From: Antedon mediterranea
Lineage: Eukaryota > Animalia > Echinodermata
Assembly (NCBI RefSeq): GCF_964355755.1
Contig: NC_092680.1
Location: 15,819,045-15,883,044, forward strand
Length of the DNA: 64,000 nt
Direction of reading: 5' to 3'
Of this stretch, positions 25,134-37,500 are shown piece after piece. A model generated the notes under the pieces. That model made no database searches. It was not told the origin of the DNA and was given only the letters and a program-made list of their open reading frames with translations. The first letter of the stretch is position 1, and each line of letters begins with the position of its first letter. The position numbers and the translations under genes were made by a program.

Positions 25134-26627
25134 TAGTCCTAGATCTAGGCCTACTATATCTGTCATGTAGTAATAACGTATAATCTTGTTTTAAAATATA
25201 ATTGTACAAGCTATACAAAAAAAATAAATAGGCCTACAAAAATATACTATAAAGAAAATGTGTTTGTATTTGATTCACATTTTTTTGTTATTAATGACAC
25301 AATGCTTTTAGGGTACAACAATCACCGTTTTGTTTTTAAGATGTCTGAATTTGATAGTAGTAAAATAGACAAAAGTATTGTAAATAGATATAAAAAGGTT
25401 TTAAACACAATTTTACAGTTATAAATATTGTTGTAAATTGTTATATATGTAAAAGAATATATTTGTAATAAATGTTTAATTAAATATTTTTTCTTAAATA
25501 AATATCAACATTTAAAGTAGTAGGTTGACTGTATATTTCATATTGTGTTATCTCAAAACGTTTATACACATGAGTCTAAATAATCTTAAATATAGAATAA
25601 TTGCACAACATGCTCAATATTCCACATGGTAAAAATAACACACATAATGTCTGGTTTGAACCACTTGAATTTGAATGTCACGAGCAAAATGACTTTACTC
25701 ATCTTTAGGCCAACGGTGGACTTACATAAATTCATGGGCTAACACACTAAATTCTGTACCAGTTGGCATGATATACAAACGTGAACACGGAGTACATGGC
25801 TTTTTGAGACTGTTCTCTCATCTTGATCTTCGTATTTTGAAACATAGAATTTCTCCTTCTGTTTGTATTTTGTTCAAATAAGGATACCTGTCCTGACCTT
25901 GTGCATCGAAACAGAAGACCATACTTGCGAAATTAAACAAATCACTACCGGCACCTTGATGGTAAAGTTCGAAACAATCTTGATTGTTTATTTATACAAT
26001 TCTGTACTTTCTATTGTGGACAATTGTCAACATAAAACAGAGCACTTTTAATTTTACTTTAAGACAAGCATGCTGTTTGAAATTGTCGACGAAAGCATCA
26101 CTGTGTTATGACAACTGTATGACGTATAGAAAAAGATACATTTTGCATTATTATAATTTAAAGTATATTATTCATCCAAAGGCTGATATGAGTACAATTT
26201 TGCAGATATAATCACTTTAAAATGTATAATAATATGTAATAAATGTACATTATAGAGTAAAAAAAACCAAATTGCATCAAAAAAACATAAACAAGACACA
26301 AAAGGTATGTATAATTAGCATAAATAAAAAAAATATCTTTCAACACGGTAAGGTATAGTAAGATGCTATTACTTTTAGGCTACAGTCCGTAACAACTATT
26401 TTTTAAACTTTACTCGTATTATATTTGAAATAAATTGGAAGTTCTGATTCTATTCCTCATTACTGTCTTGTTCATTTGCCATGTGACTGCTAAACATTAT
26501 GGACAATGGTAAGAAGTCATTTTAGTATAGCTTAGAGTAGTTCTAATTAACGATCGCCCGAAATAACGTTTTGTTGGAATTGTCAGAGAAACATTTCTAT
26601 TCTATTGCTCATTAGATTGGGTTAGAT

Positions 26628-26663
26628 CAGGGAGATGTAAAATAATTATTTTACATCTCCCTG
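26628..26663. mobile_element. 36-bp perfect palindrome with 7-bp flanking direct repeat (minimal MITE or footprint)
   Basis: gttagat|cagggagatgtaaaataa-ttattttacatctccctg|gttagat. Confidence 0.7.
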
Positions 26664-26698
26664 GTTAGATATCCCTGGTTAGATGACATAAAAACATA

Positions 26699-26853
26699 GG
26701 CAACTGTCTACACTATCTAACTTTATGTGATAACAAATTTAATATGCCCATATTATGGACATGATTTTGTCATATCACTACCATATTTGGGCATATCTCT
26801 ACCATGCATCACACTTTTTTTTCAAACTAGTTTGAGTGTGTTTAGACAGAGCT
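26699..26853. mobile_element. MITE, same family as 19492-19605
   Basis: ctgtctacact ... tagacagagct|taa ends; internal catatcactaccatatttgggcata is the reverse complement of the family core. Confidence 0.75.
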
Positions 26854-27518
26854 TAAGGCCTCTAAACTAAACTGTTTTGTTGCCATCGTCACCCGAAGGA
26901 CTAAGCTATAAAATAAAGCACTATTTGGTAAAAATAATATACAAAATAAACGGGGTTCTATGGAATACTTATTCATGCAAAATACTAAAAAAAAATAACT
27001 CTAAAGCACTTAATGAGTAACATAATATTTTTTTCAAAACGATGCAGACGGATGGTGATTTGTTATTATTTTTTCTTTTGTGGCCTTAAGCAGCACTTAA
27101 AGCATAAATATCAATGGAGAAACTTATTTCCTAATCAGAACATGAGCAAAAGCAATTCAATGTTTCAATTCAATCATCTTTGTTACATTGATGATTGAAT
27201 ACTTTATAGATAGTATCCATAGGTGTAACACATTATGTACATTTAAATAATTATAAAGAGTTTGTGATAACACTTTGGTGACGATACTGCTTAATTTTTA
27301 AAATCGGACAATTCACAGAAGTGATGCAATCCTGTTGTGAAATGATTTTCCCTATTGTGGTCAGTTGGTGACAAACATATTTTTTTTTTACATTTATGAA
27401 ACACCGGAGTCTTCTAAAAAAACATGTTTTTAGTTTGCGTATTAATTCTTGTATTGCACGACAAATAGCTGTTAACATGCTACTATTTTCTTTGTTTTAA
27501 TTAAAACATTTCATAATA

Positions 27519-27730
27519 AAGGTAGCGTTATATTGTAATACCGGTATTTGTTAATTTTTTTATTTTTAGTCTTTCGTAGAAACAACACACCTTTATTAAT
27601 TCCTCTTTTTTTCCCATTATTATTAAGGTAGCGTTATATTGCAATACCGGTATTTGTTAATTTTTTATTTTTAGTATTTCGTGGAAACAACACACCTTTA
27701 TTATTTCCTCTTTTTTCATTATTTTAGGTA
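27519..27730. repeat. Tandem duplication of ~105 bp
   Basis: aaggtagcgttatattg(t/c)aataccggtatttg..aaacaacacacctttatt occurs twice in tandem. Confidence 0.9.
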
Positions 27731-28025
27731 GAGATAATCTCATATAAATTGACACCATTAATAAAAATGAATGTGTTAAAATGTATATGTCTAATACCTA
27801 ATTTATTGAAATTGTATTCCAATTATATACACATGGTTTTAAAAAATGCTTTAAAATATATGTTTTATACAGAAAAAAAAACAAAAATAATTTTGGATAA
27901 TCAACGATAAAAAAAAAGAAATAATATTAGGCCTAATTGAAAATACAATAGATAAAAATGAAGTAAAGAAAGATCATTCAATTAAGTCAATCAATTAAAA
28001 AGTTTTTCCTTTACACGAGGCCATT

Positions 28026-28190
28026 GACTCTACAGCTCACTATGTCGGTCGGTTGGTCGGTCGGTCGGTTGGTCGGTCGGTCGGTTGGTCGGTCGGTCGG
28101 TCGGTCAGTCTGTCGGTCGGTTGGTTGGTCAGTCGGTAAATACTAACTCAAATTTTCACACGTGACTGCAGCCATGTATATGGCCTGTTT
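28026..28190 (+). mobile_element. HINE/DINE-1-like element with (GGTC/GGTT)n microsatellite
   Basis: gactctacagctcactat + ~90-bp GGTY array + taactcaaatt..cacgtgactgcagccatgtatatggcc. Confidence 0.65.
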
Positions 28191-28399
28191 GTTATTATCT
28201 GACTTTAGGAAGAAAGAGGATAGTATAATATACACAGAGAAAAAACACGTGGATTAAAAAAGATTGCTTGTGCTTGGAGCCGGGTTATTTGTATAACACA
28301 TTACATCGAGTAATGTAAAATAGCTATGCCATGCAAGTCCAACTGGTATCGTAGATAGTTATATAGTGTTTTTCGGTTGATATAATGACTTGTTAAATA

Positions 28400-28640
28400 T
28401 AACAATCATCCATCATTTCAGTCATTATCCGCTACACAAGCTGAACCCATCTTTTTCTCTCGTCTATAGGGTATGCCAGCAATTGCTACAATGTTATTTC
28501 TCTATTTGGTTGTTGGTCTTCCATAACATTGTGTGCCTGCATATAGGTTGTACATATGCTGTTGGTTCGGTAAGCAGATGTCATTTGTCCACCTACATCT
28601 TGAGTTTTACTTGATGTCTTGAATCCTAGTTTGCACTGTA
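28400..28640 (-). mobile_element. Degenerate 3' fragment of an RTE-like LINE
   Basis: Minus strand gives RWTND and GRPTTK*RNNIVAIAG, resembling the RTE ORF C-terminus GRPxxRWxDxI; stops and frameshifts. Confidence 0.4.
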
Positions 28641-29857
28641 ATCCACTTTACATTTGTTAATTAATTTCTGTTATTTTTTTTGGTCATTTCCCACCTCTCT
28701 TCCCGATAAGTAGTCATTATATGGTAAGAACAGTATTCCAACCGGGAAAAACCAACATCCAGATAATAGGTTTTTACAAACAAAAAGATAGAATTTATAA
28801 TATTCACAGGCGGTAAAACTTATTTTCTGTTGTATCAACAACGTTTACTTTGTTAACATCCAAAGCCGATTCCACAAACTGACGAAAGGTGAAAGGTTAA
28901 TATAAGCCCTGCCAGGATACGCTCTTCCTATAGACTTATAATGCCATTAATATATATAGTTATTTTAGGGTCATGATGTAGCCATTTCAACAACAAGATG
29001 TGTGTACTTATTGGTTTTTGTGGGCGGATGTTTAGATTAAGAGTAAACAATAACAAAACATATTTTAAAAATACAAAGAAAACAATACTATGACGAGAAC
29101 GATTATTAATATTTTGAATGGAATTAAAAACTGAGACAAGGTAAATAAACAGACAGTTATCTGATTATTATATACATTATTATTTTATTTTAAATAATAA
29201 AAAAGTTAAAAATATAATTGTAAATTCAATATAAAATTACTGCTTGGAAATAATAATAATTTTTTTTTACACAGAAGTGAAAACTTGATAAAAACTGCAA
29301 AATGCTCTATTGGAAGTCTGCTTTTATTACACTTCATCTTTAAACTGTTTTAAAATCTAGTTTTGGTTTTGTTTCGAAATAATGAATCCTTGGATTGACA
29401 ATTTTGTATTGTTGAACTTACAGAAGTTACGCCTTGGAATTGCTTCCTCCTCGCATCCGGTATATTTTACAGACCAAATCTAGAGCGTATACGATTTGTA
29501 CGTATGTTTAGGAAACCGGGAGAAGTGGTATACGGAAATGATTCAAACACAGTAAACGAATACCGGTATACATACTATACAGTAATCACACTAGTTTATT
29601 CAAAACCAACAAGGTGGTTGTTAAGGTAGACATTCGATTTATTTAAAGTTGTTTATATTTGTTAAAAGTCAGGAGCCAGAAAGATACGTTTTGTTTTTAT
29701 AACATTGAGACAATTGATGTCGCAATGTTTTGATTGTAATTATTTGTAAAGACGATATACTTATATTAGATTTTCTTGCCATTTCTTAATCGACGAAAAC
29801 ACTTTGAAAAGGATACCATTGTTTTGGTTAGTATTTCTTTTATCATATTTACATCTT

Positions 29858-31651
29858 ATGAACACTATGGTGAACATTTCTACATTTGTGTTAAACATTG
29901 GAACTTTATTTTACGCTCATGTAATATCAGCTCAAACAATAGTAGAGTTTGTAGAAGAGCCATCATCTGGAGAAACTATAAAGGCAATATATGGATCTGT
30001 GGCTCATGTTCCATGCGTTGTTACCAGTAATGAGATACCAGTTTACGTAAAATGGTTTCATAACGATTCCGAAGTATTTGCGTTTGAGGGAAATGGTATC
30101 ATAGGTGTTAGAAAAGACAGGTATAGTTTCTCGTCCGGGTTAAAAAAGGGAGATTTTACACTACAGATAGATAGAGTTACACGTGATGACAATGGAACGT
30201 TTTATTGCATTGTATCTTTTGGAATAGGTAAGAGTTCGGGCAGAGGTAAACTTCAGGTGTACATACCACCTGACGATAACTATCCAAAATGCATGACTCT
30301 GTATAATGGCAACCCAAAGCCAGGAGATTCGATAAGATTGTCATGTATAACACTAGGAGAAGATCCGTTATTGCACTTAAGTTGGTCGGATGCTGACGCT
30401 ACAGTGGTCCACAACGAGATTACAAATAACCTAATAAAAGATATCACGCTCCGTGAAGAAGATAACGGAATGCCTTACACTTGTTCGGCTTTTGGACTTG
30501 CTGTGAATCCTCCAAAAACGTGTACGATTATTCCGTTAAAAGTTTACCCCACAGTGGAATTTAAACGCACCGATATCGACGTGTATGAAGGTAACAGCGT
30601 AGAACTAGAATGCCATGGAGTAGGCGTGCCTAAAATAACAGAATACGAATGGTATTATGATGGCCAATTCATTGGCCAATCCTTCGAACGATATGAACTG
30701 TCAGAGGATAAAACTCGGCTTATTGTTTCTGACGTTACCGTTAATGATAAAGGTAAAATTGTTGTTTGTCGAGTATATATTACGTCAGGCCTAGCGAGTA
30801 ATGTAAGTGAGGTGATTCAAGTACGGGAAATAGTAACTATCCAACCTCAGGTACCTGTGCCACCCATACAAGAAGACTATAGTATAATTGCAATCATTGG
30901 CGTTTCTCTCGGATCCGTCATAATTATACTAATTATTGTAATTGTTCACATGTGTTACAGAAAAAAGCGCATCATGAGACAATTAAACATGAACTATCAA
31001 GAGAGTATATACGAAGAGATGGATGGCTCACGGTGTGATGCGATATCATTCGATAAATTAAGCGTTGGTAGTTTAGGCCTAGTAAACCCAACAATTCGAT
31101 ATATCGATCCATTATCTTCTCGACCTGCATCGTATATAGATACTCGACGTGATTCCTTTCATTCAATCACACATCCACTGAGAAATTCATACACACCATC
31201 AAGAACATCTTCACGAGCAGGCTCACCACATTTTGACAGACGGTGGTCCCTCAGATCTAGTCGGTCAAACACACCACCAGAGACACCCAATAGGACAGGA
31301 TCACCTGCCTACCTATCTCCAAAACAGGCTAGTGAATCACCGTTTTTTCCACGGAGAGGATCATTTAATAGATCGCCATCTCCACTTCCTGTTGTTTCAC
31401 AAGCTGGGATCGAGCCTCCGTTTCTGAGATCACTTCAGGATTACATAGTTCCTGACCCAGCTGTACCTAGCAAACGAGTTATGGAAATCAAAGCTTCTGA
31501 GGGAATACCATTAAATCAACTAGCAGCTTCGACTAGTAGCGATAACACAGGTTCAATGCCATGTATCATGATGGAAAAAGCTGTAGAACAAACATATGAA
31601 GAAATGCCATTGACGAGGAAAGTACAGCAGTGGAGAACACCGTCTGTTTAA
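29858..31651 (+). CDS. IgSF receptor gene 4: signal peptide, 3 Ig domains, TM, ~230-aa Ser/Pro/Arg-rich tail with two YEEM motifs
   Basis: First in-frame ATG at 29858 (alternative 29867; ORF track starts at TTG 29804). VPCVV..VKWF..FTLQIDRVTRDDNGTFYC; PPDDNYPKC..LSC..LSW..YTC..TCTIIP; VELEC..YEWYY..VVCRV; TM IIAIIGVSLGSVIIILIIVIVHMCY followed by RKKR stop-transfer. Confidence 0.92.
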   Translation: MNTMVNISTFVLNIGTLFYAHVISAQTIVEFVEEPSSGETIKAIYGSVAHVPCVVTSNEIPVYVKWFHNDSEVFAFEGNGIIGVRKDRYSFSSGLKKGDFTLQIDRVTRDDNGTFYCIVSFGIGKSSGRGKLQVYIPPDDNYPKCMTLYNGNPKPGDSIRLSCITLGEDPLLHLSWSDADATVVHNEITNNLIKDITLREEDNGMPYTCSAFGLAVNPPKTCTIIPLKVYPTVEFKRTDIDVYEGNSVELECHGVGVPKITEYEWYYDGQFIGQSFERYELSEDKTRLIVSDVTVNDKGKIVVCRVYITSGLASNVSEVIQVREIVTIQPQVPVPPIQEDYSIIAIIGVSLGSVIIILIIVIVHMCYRKKRIMRQLNMNYQESIYEEMDGSRCDAISFDKLSVGSLGLVNPTIRYIDPLSSRPASYIDTRRDSFHSITHPLRNSYTPSRTSSRAGSPHFDRRWSLRSSRSNTPPETPNRTGSPAYLSPKQASESPFFPRRGSFNRSPSPLPVVSQAGIEPPFLRSLQDYIVPDPAVPSKRVMEIKASEGIPLNQLAASTSSDNTGSMPCIMMEKAVEQTYEEMPLTRKVQQWRTPSV

Positions 31652-32364
31652 TGTTATAATGCACAGTAATTGCTAAAGCTTAACTCACATAATTTGATCC
31701 TTCTTAGAAGTGAGTTGGACATTTTCCAATATTGTTCACATATTTTTATAAATAATAAATAACCATTTTATATAAGTTAGTATGAAACAACATAAAACAA
31801 TAAAAATCAGCAAATTTATTGATCCTATAATATTCCTAATTATAATCTGAATATTGTATGAAAAAAATCCAGAAAAGGTTAAAACAGTTTTTAAAAAAAT
31901 GTACTATAATTTATATTTTCCGTAGTCCTATATGCGTTAAATACTTTCAAGTGAGATTTAAATTGTATAAATTTATAAATTATTAGGTCTTATTTAAATT
32001 AAACTTATAGAGAGTTCAAATGTATTTAACATTTTTTTCCCAACGGAGTCATCTTTAATGCAATACACAAGAATAATGTAATTAATTTTAAAAGTTATCA
32101 TCGGAAGTTATTGATTTTAAACTATGGAAAAGGAGACAGCGCCCTCTATTATAAATGTAATTTGACAATTGATGAAAAAAAATATACCGTTTTCATTCTT
32201 CCATTTTTATTTCATTCCAATAATGTATCAGTACAAATTCGTAAATACTATTGAATATGATTTTTTTTACCAAAGGTTAAGGATTCTGATTAAATATTAA
32301 AAAGAAATAAACGAAATCACTTTATGAATATTTCATTTTTCATTATTAATATTAACTTTTATTT

Positions 32365-32484
32365 TTAAAAAAACAAGGCCAAATATATGGTTGCATTCGC
32401 GTGCTCAAATTTGAGCACGCGACCGACCGACCAACCAACCGACCATCCGACAAACCGAACGACATTAGTGAGCTGTAGAGTCAA
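32365..32484 (-). mobile_element. HINE/DINE-1-like element
   Basis: Reverse complement of the 28026 family: ggccaaatatatgg..(gacc/aacc)n..agtgagctgtagagtc. Confidence 0.6.
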
Positions 32485-34458
32485 AATGTGGGAGAAAAAT
32501 ACACGGAAATTACATTTGGCTTTATAGTATATAGGCCTACTAAACAAATATGATGTCCATATAAACTAGCTCTTGGGCGATGGAGGATAAGGTATTATTC
32601 CAGAAAGTATAAACTATAACAAGTGAGCGAACAAACATGTTTATAAGATTGAAATCTAGAAATTAAAACAAATAAATAAATAAATATATATATAAATTAG
32701 GAATATCTGCGAATGCTTTTATAAACTCTGCCGGCTGTCATAACAAAAATATGCTCCAAAAAAAAAGTAACCTTGATTATACGTGCCATGGGTAGTTTGG
32801 CAGGGTACGGTACCGTGTATTCAAATGCTAAAAAAGAGTGGGACTAATATCCTCTCGGATATTATTATATTTATAATTAACAATTGATCTAGACATCACT
32901 TAGTATTGACGCTACAAAATTGTAACATAGTTTCCCACTTCGAAGCCAAGATAAAAATAAATTAAACGTACTGTATGTTTCTAATTAGAAAACTTGATGA
33001 TTATTGGTAAGTATCATTGATTGAGTTTCTTATCACTTGAACGCATCCATAAATTGGACAATCAGTAGACCTTGACACGATATTGCATGATGCCTTGATT
33101 AAACATCTTCCTCTTTCCACAAAATATAGGCCACCGAGCCGCGAAAGATTGATCCGATCATCCCCCTAAAAATGACAGATTTGGCAAAAATCGTTGTAGA
33201 ATTACTATAAATATTTTTTCCCATTGCCTGCCTTATACAAGCTTTGCTTATGGGCTGCCTTATACAAGCTTTGCTTTTTAGGAATGTTGCCCCTCTTATT
33301 TTAATAATTTTTACTGTTAATTTATTTTCTATGAAAGACAAGAGAAATAAATGTTACTTTGATTGATTGATTGATTGTTTCAAAAGTGTTTGGCGTATGC
33401 TTTGGAAACTTTTTAAAAGTAATCCATAGATGTGCCTAAAAGTGAAGTAAATGTGATAAGTATTTTCATTTAGTATTAATTACAAAATTATTCGAAAGTA
33501 TGGTAAAAAAAAACAAGAAAAAAAACCGTGTTTGCTGTATTCTTTCAAGGGTTTTGTTTGATTGTTTTTATACAAGGTTTCCTACCATTGTTCTATAAGA
33601 TTAGTAATAATGTGGTACACCATATTCATATTTTTATTGTGGACTTCCCTTGAACTTACATGCAGATACCAATGTAGGTTAATTGTTATAATTGTTATAT
33701 AGAATGTTTCTACCTAACAATGTAAGACTCACATGAGACTTGTAAATACAATGCAGTTTATCCATATTGTAACTTTCAAGTTATAAAACAACGACAAAGC
33801 TGAAAAGGAACATTCCCGAGCTGTTGCTTCAGTATTTTCCTATTCTATTTCTTTAAGTTAATTTTAACTTTTTTTTCTCAGTATAGCTCTTTTCTACTCT
33901 GTACTACAATACTGTATTTACTATTATACTTTTTTTTTCAAACATGTTTGTTCGATATATTTCATTAGTAGGTCTAATTGAGTGGTATTATTATTATTAT
34001 TATTATTCTGATTTGAAATAATTTAATTATTGAACAATAACTTCATATTTTGGGTTCATTTACAATTAACGACCCATTCAAGGTCTTAACGTATATTAAT
34101 CTATTTCTAAGAAATATGAGAAATAATAATAAGCTAAAAATTTTCTGTTTGAAAGGTTCAAAATGTTAAGCAATGCTTAAAGTTGGTGTAATTCCAGGTG
34201 CTACTTCATCCCGCTGGTGAATTTTTTATACGTTTATATAGTTTTAAATTTATTTTAATAATTTCCTTAGGTTGGATGAAAAAGTAATATTCCTTATTTC
34301 TCAGTTTATACTTGTATACGGTTACACACGTTACTCGAACCAATAAATATGTTTTCGAGTCTCCTAAAAAACATATAAGAAGTTTGATGAGTAATTTCCA
34401 TAGGGGCTGTTAATGGAAGGTACCAGCAATATAGAGTCGTATGTATGAACTAAAATGA

Positions 34459-34520
34459 CAGATTCTGGTCGTCGTTTTACATGTGCTTTTAAGCACATGT
34501 AAAACGACGACCAGAATCTG
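34459..34520. repeat. Perfect inverted repeat, 30-bp arms, 2-nt loop
   Basis: cagattctggtcgtcgttttacatgtgctt-tt-aagcacatgtaaaacgacgaccagaatctg. Confidence 0.97.
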
Positions 34521-37500
34521 AAAAACATTCTAAACAACATTTGTCAAGTGTATTTAGTTGAATGACGAGATATAAGTCATACCCTTATTTTCGTCTTTGG
34601 GTATCTGGACTTAAAAATGCTGTCACATTAATCCAGGTCTAGTTAGCTTATTATTTGAAGGGAATAAATTGAATGGGAAAAATCATAGGGCCAATATATG
34701 ATTCAATGACTATTTTAGCCTTTGAAACTCTTTCATCATGTAGTTTATGACCGAAAAGGGGTTTGTTATTAGAGTATAATATAGGCTCACGGCTAAACAC
34801 GCGGTTCTTAGTGAGAAATAGTGAATAAAAATGATGTTCTACAACCAAAATGCCAACATATCCTCCAAGTTTTATTTTATTTTATTCCGTGCATGCAATG
34901 ACCGAAAATACATTATACTAGTATTCATTTTATCTAAGAGTCATTATTAAAGATTATTTACTGAATGGAATGCTTTTCTTGAAATGTTCATTCTTTTAAG
35001 AGGAACAAAATCATAGATTTATGAAAATTGACATTAAAACCACAAATATTATTTATGAAAATTATAATTTATAAAGTCAAGGTGACAGAATAACATCGTT
35101 AATGTTGTGTCATTCTAATAGGCCTAATCATTACTTCCAACTGCCATGTATTTTATAGGTCAATAGACCGTCAAGTAAATATCAGTAATGGTAGGAGAAG
35201 TAAACTACAGATAACTATTTGATATATAAGACAAATTGTCAGAAAGGATTAATTCATCGTCAGGAAAACAAAACAAAACAAACGTAAACGATACTGTAAA
35301 CAAGAAAATCTTAAGGAAAATCTACGAAGAACTAAATTAGTATATATAGGAAAAATTCATAATTCCCCTGGGAGGATACATCATACAATCTTCCTGATGT
35401 TAGAAAACAGGATTTTTAATTTTGCAAGGCCCTTATTTATAGCTTCTGGAGGTCACATAATACTGATAACAAAAAAAAAAAGTTATTATGATATTTTGTT
35501 CGATCCTGAGAACGAATCTTGATGAAACTAATGGTGCTGCGATAATGTTTTGAAATGATTTACATAATACACTTTTTTTTTGTACTGTATTGGAATATAA
35601 TTACATTATTTATACAACAGCCACTTTACGCATATACGTTTCTACCCGATTACGTTATTACAGAGATAGGCTATATTTGTGTTTTTTTTTCCTGTTGCGT
35701 TTGAACGCAGAAAAAAAAAATAAACTGCAATTTTGACTCATTTAACTCCGATATAGAGAAGAGCGTGTAATATCTTATAACCGGTAAGAACACAACCAAA
35801 ACATGGGTACTGATTAATTGAAGGACAATGACCAACAGTTTCGTACTTTAAAATAGGATCTAAAAATAATCTATTATCATATCCTGTCTAAATGATTTGA
35901 TCTTAAGAGATATAAATCTGTATCCCATGGTTCGCAGTTGCGCTTCCAATATGCCTAAACATCATGATGAATCACTTATTCGTGTATTCCATCTGAAACA
36001 AGATGTTTAATGTTACCTCTGTTGAGGTGAATGTTTTTGAAAAATCAAACAAATGGCCAAAAAATGTAGCACATATCTCTCCCGAGCCTATTATTTATTC
36101 CATGCAATGACTGGACTTTTTAAATAATAAGTTATGGCTTTGGGGAGATATAGATAACTTTCCTCCTAAGAAAGAGTCAGTATTTACTGGTTGGAATGCT
36201 TTTGTTTTTTATGATATTATACAGTCAGTATTTTTCGTTTTTAATTTATTTCGGTTTTTTTTCAGTTAGACGGCATTGCCAATAAGCGAACCGAATCACT
36301 ATTGAGTTGGAATTATAATATAAAAAAACATTGTATTTGTTGCCCCTTTTAAATGGTGTTTCATATTCTAACAAATGACAAGCAATATAATGTCACATTT
36401 ATAAGTTCGATGTGAAAGAGACAGTAATGCGCTATTCTTACTTTTAATTGAATAATTTTGAAGAAAATCCAACAACGAACAAAATTAGATAATGTCTCGA
36501 TTCAATTTAAGTTTGTAGAGCGTAATCAACCTGACAGCGAACTTAGAACAAAATAGTTCTTCTCAATATAAGTCCAGCTATGATGAATAAATATGAATAA
36601 ATGATAACAAAAAAGAGGATATTTGCTAATAATTAGATTTAATTGACCGATATAACGTATCAGCATAGCTTTAATCCATGAGCTATCAATTCAATCTTGC
36701 AGAAAGACAACTGTGTTGTTGCCGACATGCAAACCATAACGCGCTCTGATGTATTACATCATGATGTGGTACAGTACACGCATTATCTGATTTTGACGAT
36801 AATTTGACCACTGATGCAAAAGTCCGATGCAATTTCATATTTCGTTAGTTTATAAGGATGTATTCGTTAATAATCTATTATTTTGCTAAATGTAGTTTAT
36901 CAGAGATAAAAAGTACATGTGCAGGGCCTACTGTAAACAAATCATTGAACAATACATTTTAGGTTTAAACTATTTTCTCTTTTCTTTATTACCATGGTGA
37001 TCATTCATCTTGTTTACCTCATCAAAAATATGATCATGATTTAAGCCTATTTACATATCCATGCACAAATACTAATAATCATCACAGTGACACAGTTACA
37101 GCTATTTTTGTTCGTAAGCTGTAAAAAATAATTCGGGGAATAGTAAGTTTAACACCAATAATATAGCATTTTGGCGAATGTGAACACTTTAAATTCATGA
37201 TGATGATTAATTAATTAATTTATTGATTGACATGTCATATAACTCAAACTGACAGAAAAGAAGCTTCGGTACTTTTAATCACGCACAAAATACAAACATC
37301 CTTGAAAATGACCTATTGAGAAGAAAAAAACTTACTACTAAGAATTACTTATTAAGTAGGCCTACCTTGGAATTATGTGCTTATACCGAACATATCAAAA
37401 TGATTAACATTAGAATTATAACTGTAAGAACTATCGAAAGATGGGTCAATCGTTATTATGTTGAATAATAATGCGTCATGAACGACTGATGTTTTAGAGC

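Noticed and set aside
29804-29857. TTG-initiated N-terminal extensions of genes 4 and 1 in the ORF track
   Set aside because: Bacterial-style start codons; downstream ATGs give proper signal peptides.
34498-34515. 16/18 match to the M13(-21) primer TGTAAAACGACGGCCAGT inside the palindrome
   Set aside because: Two mismatches and no adjoining lacZ/vector sequence; treated as coincidence.
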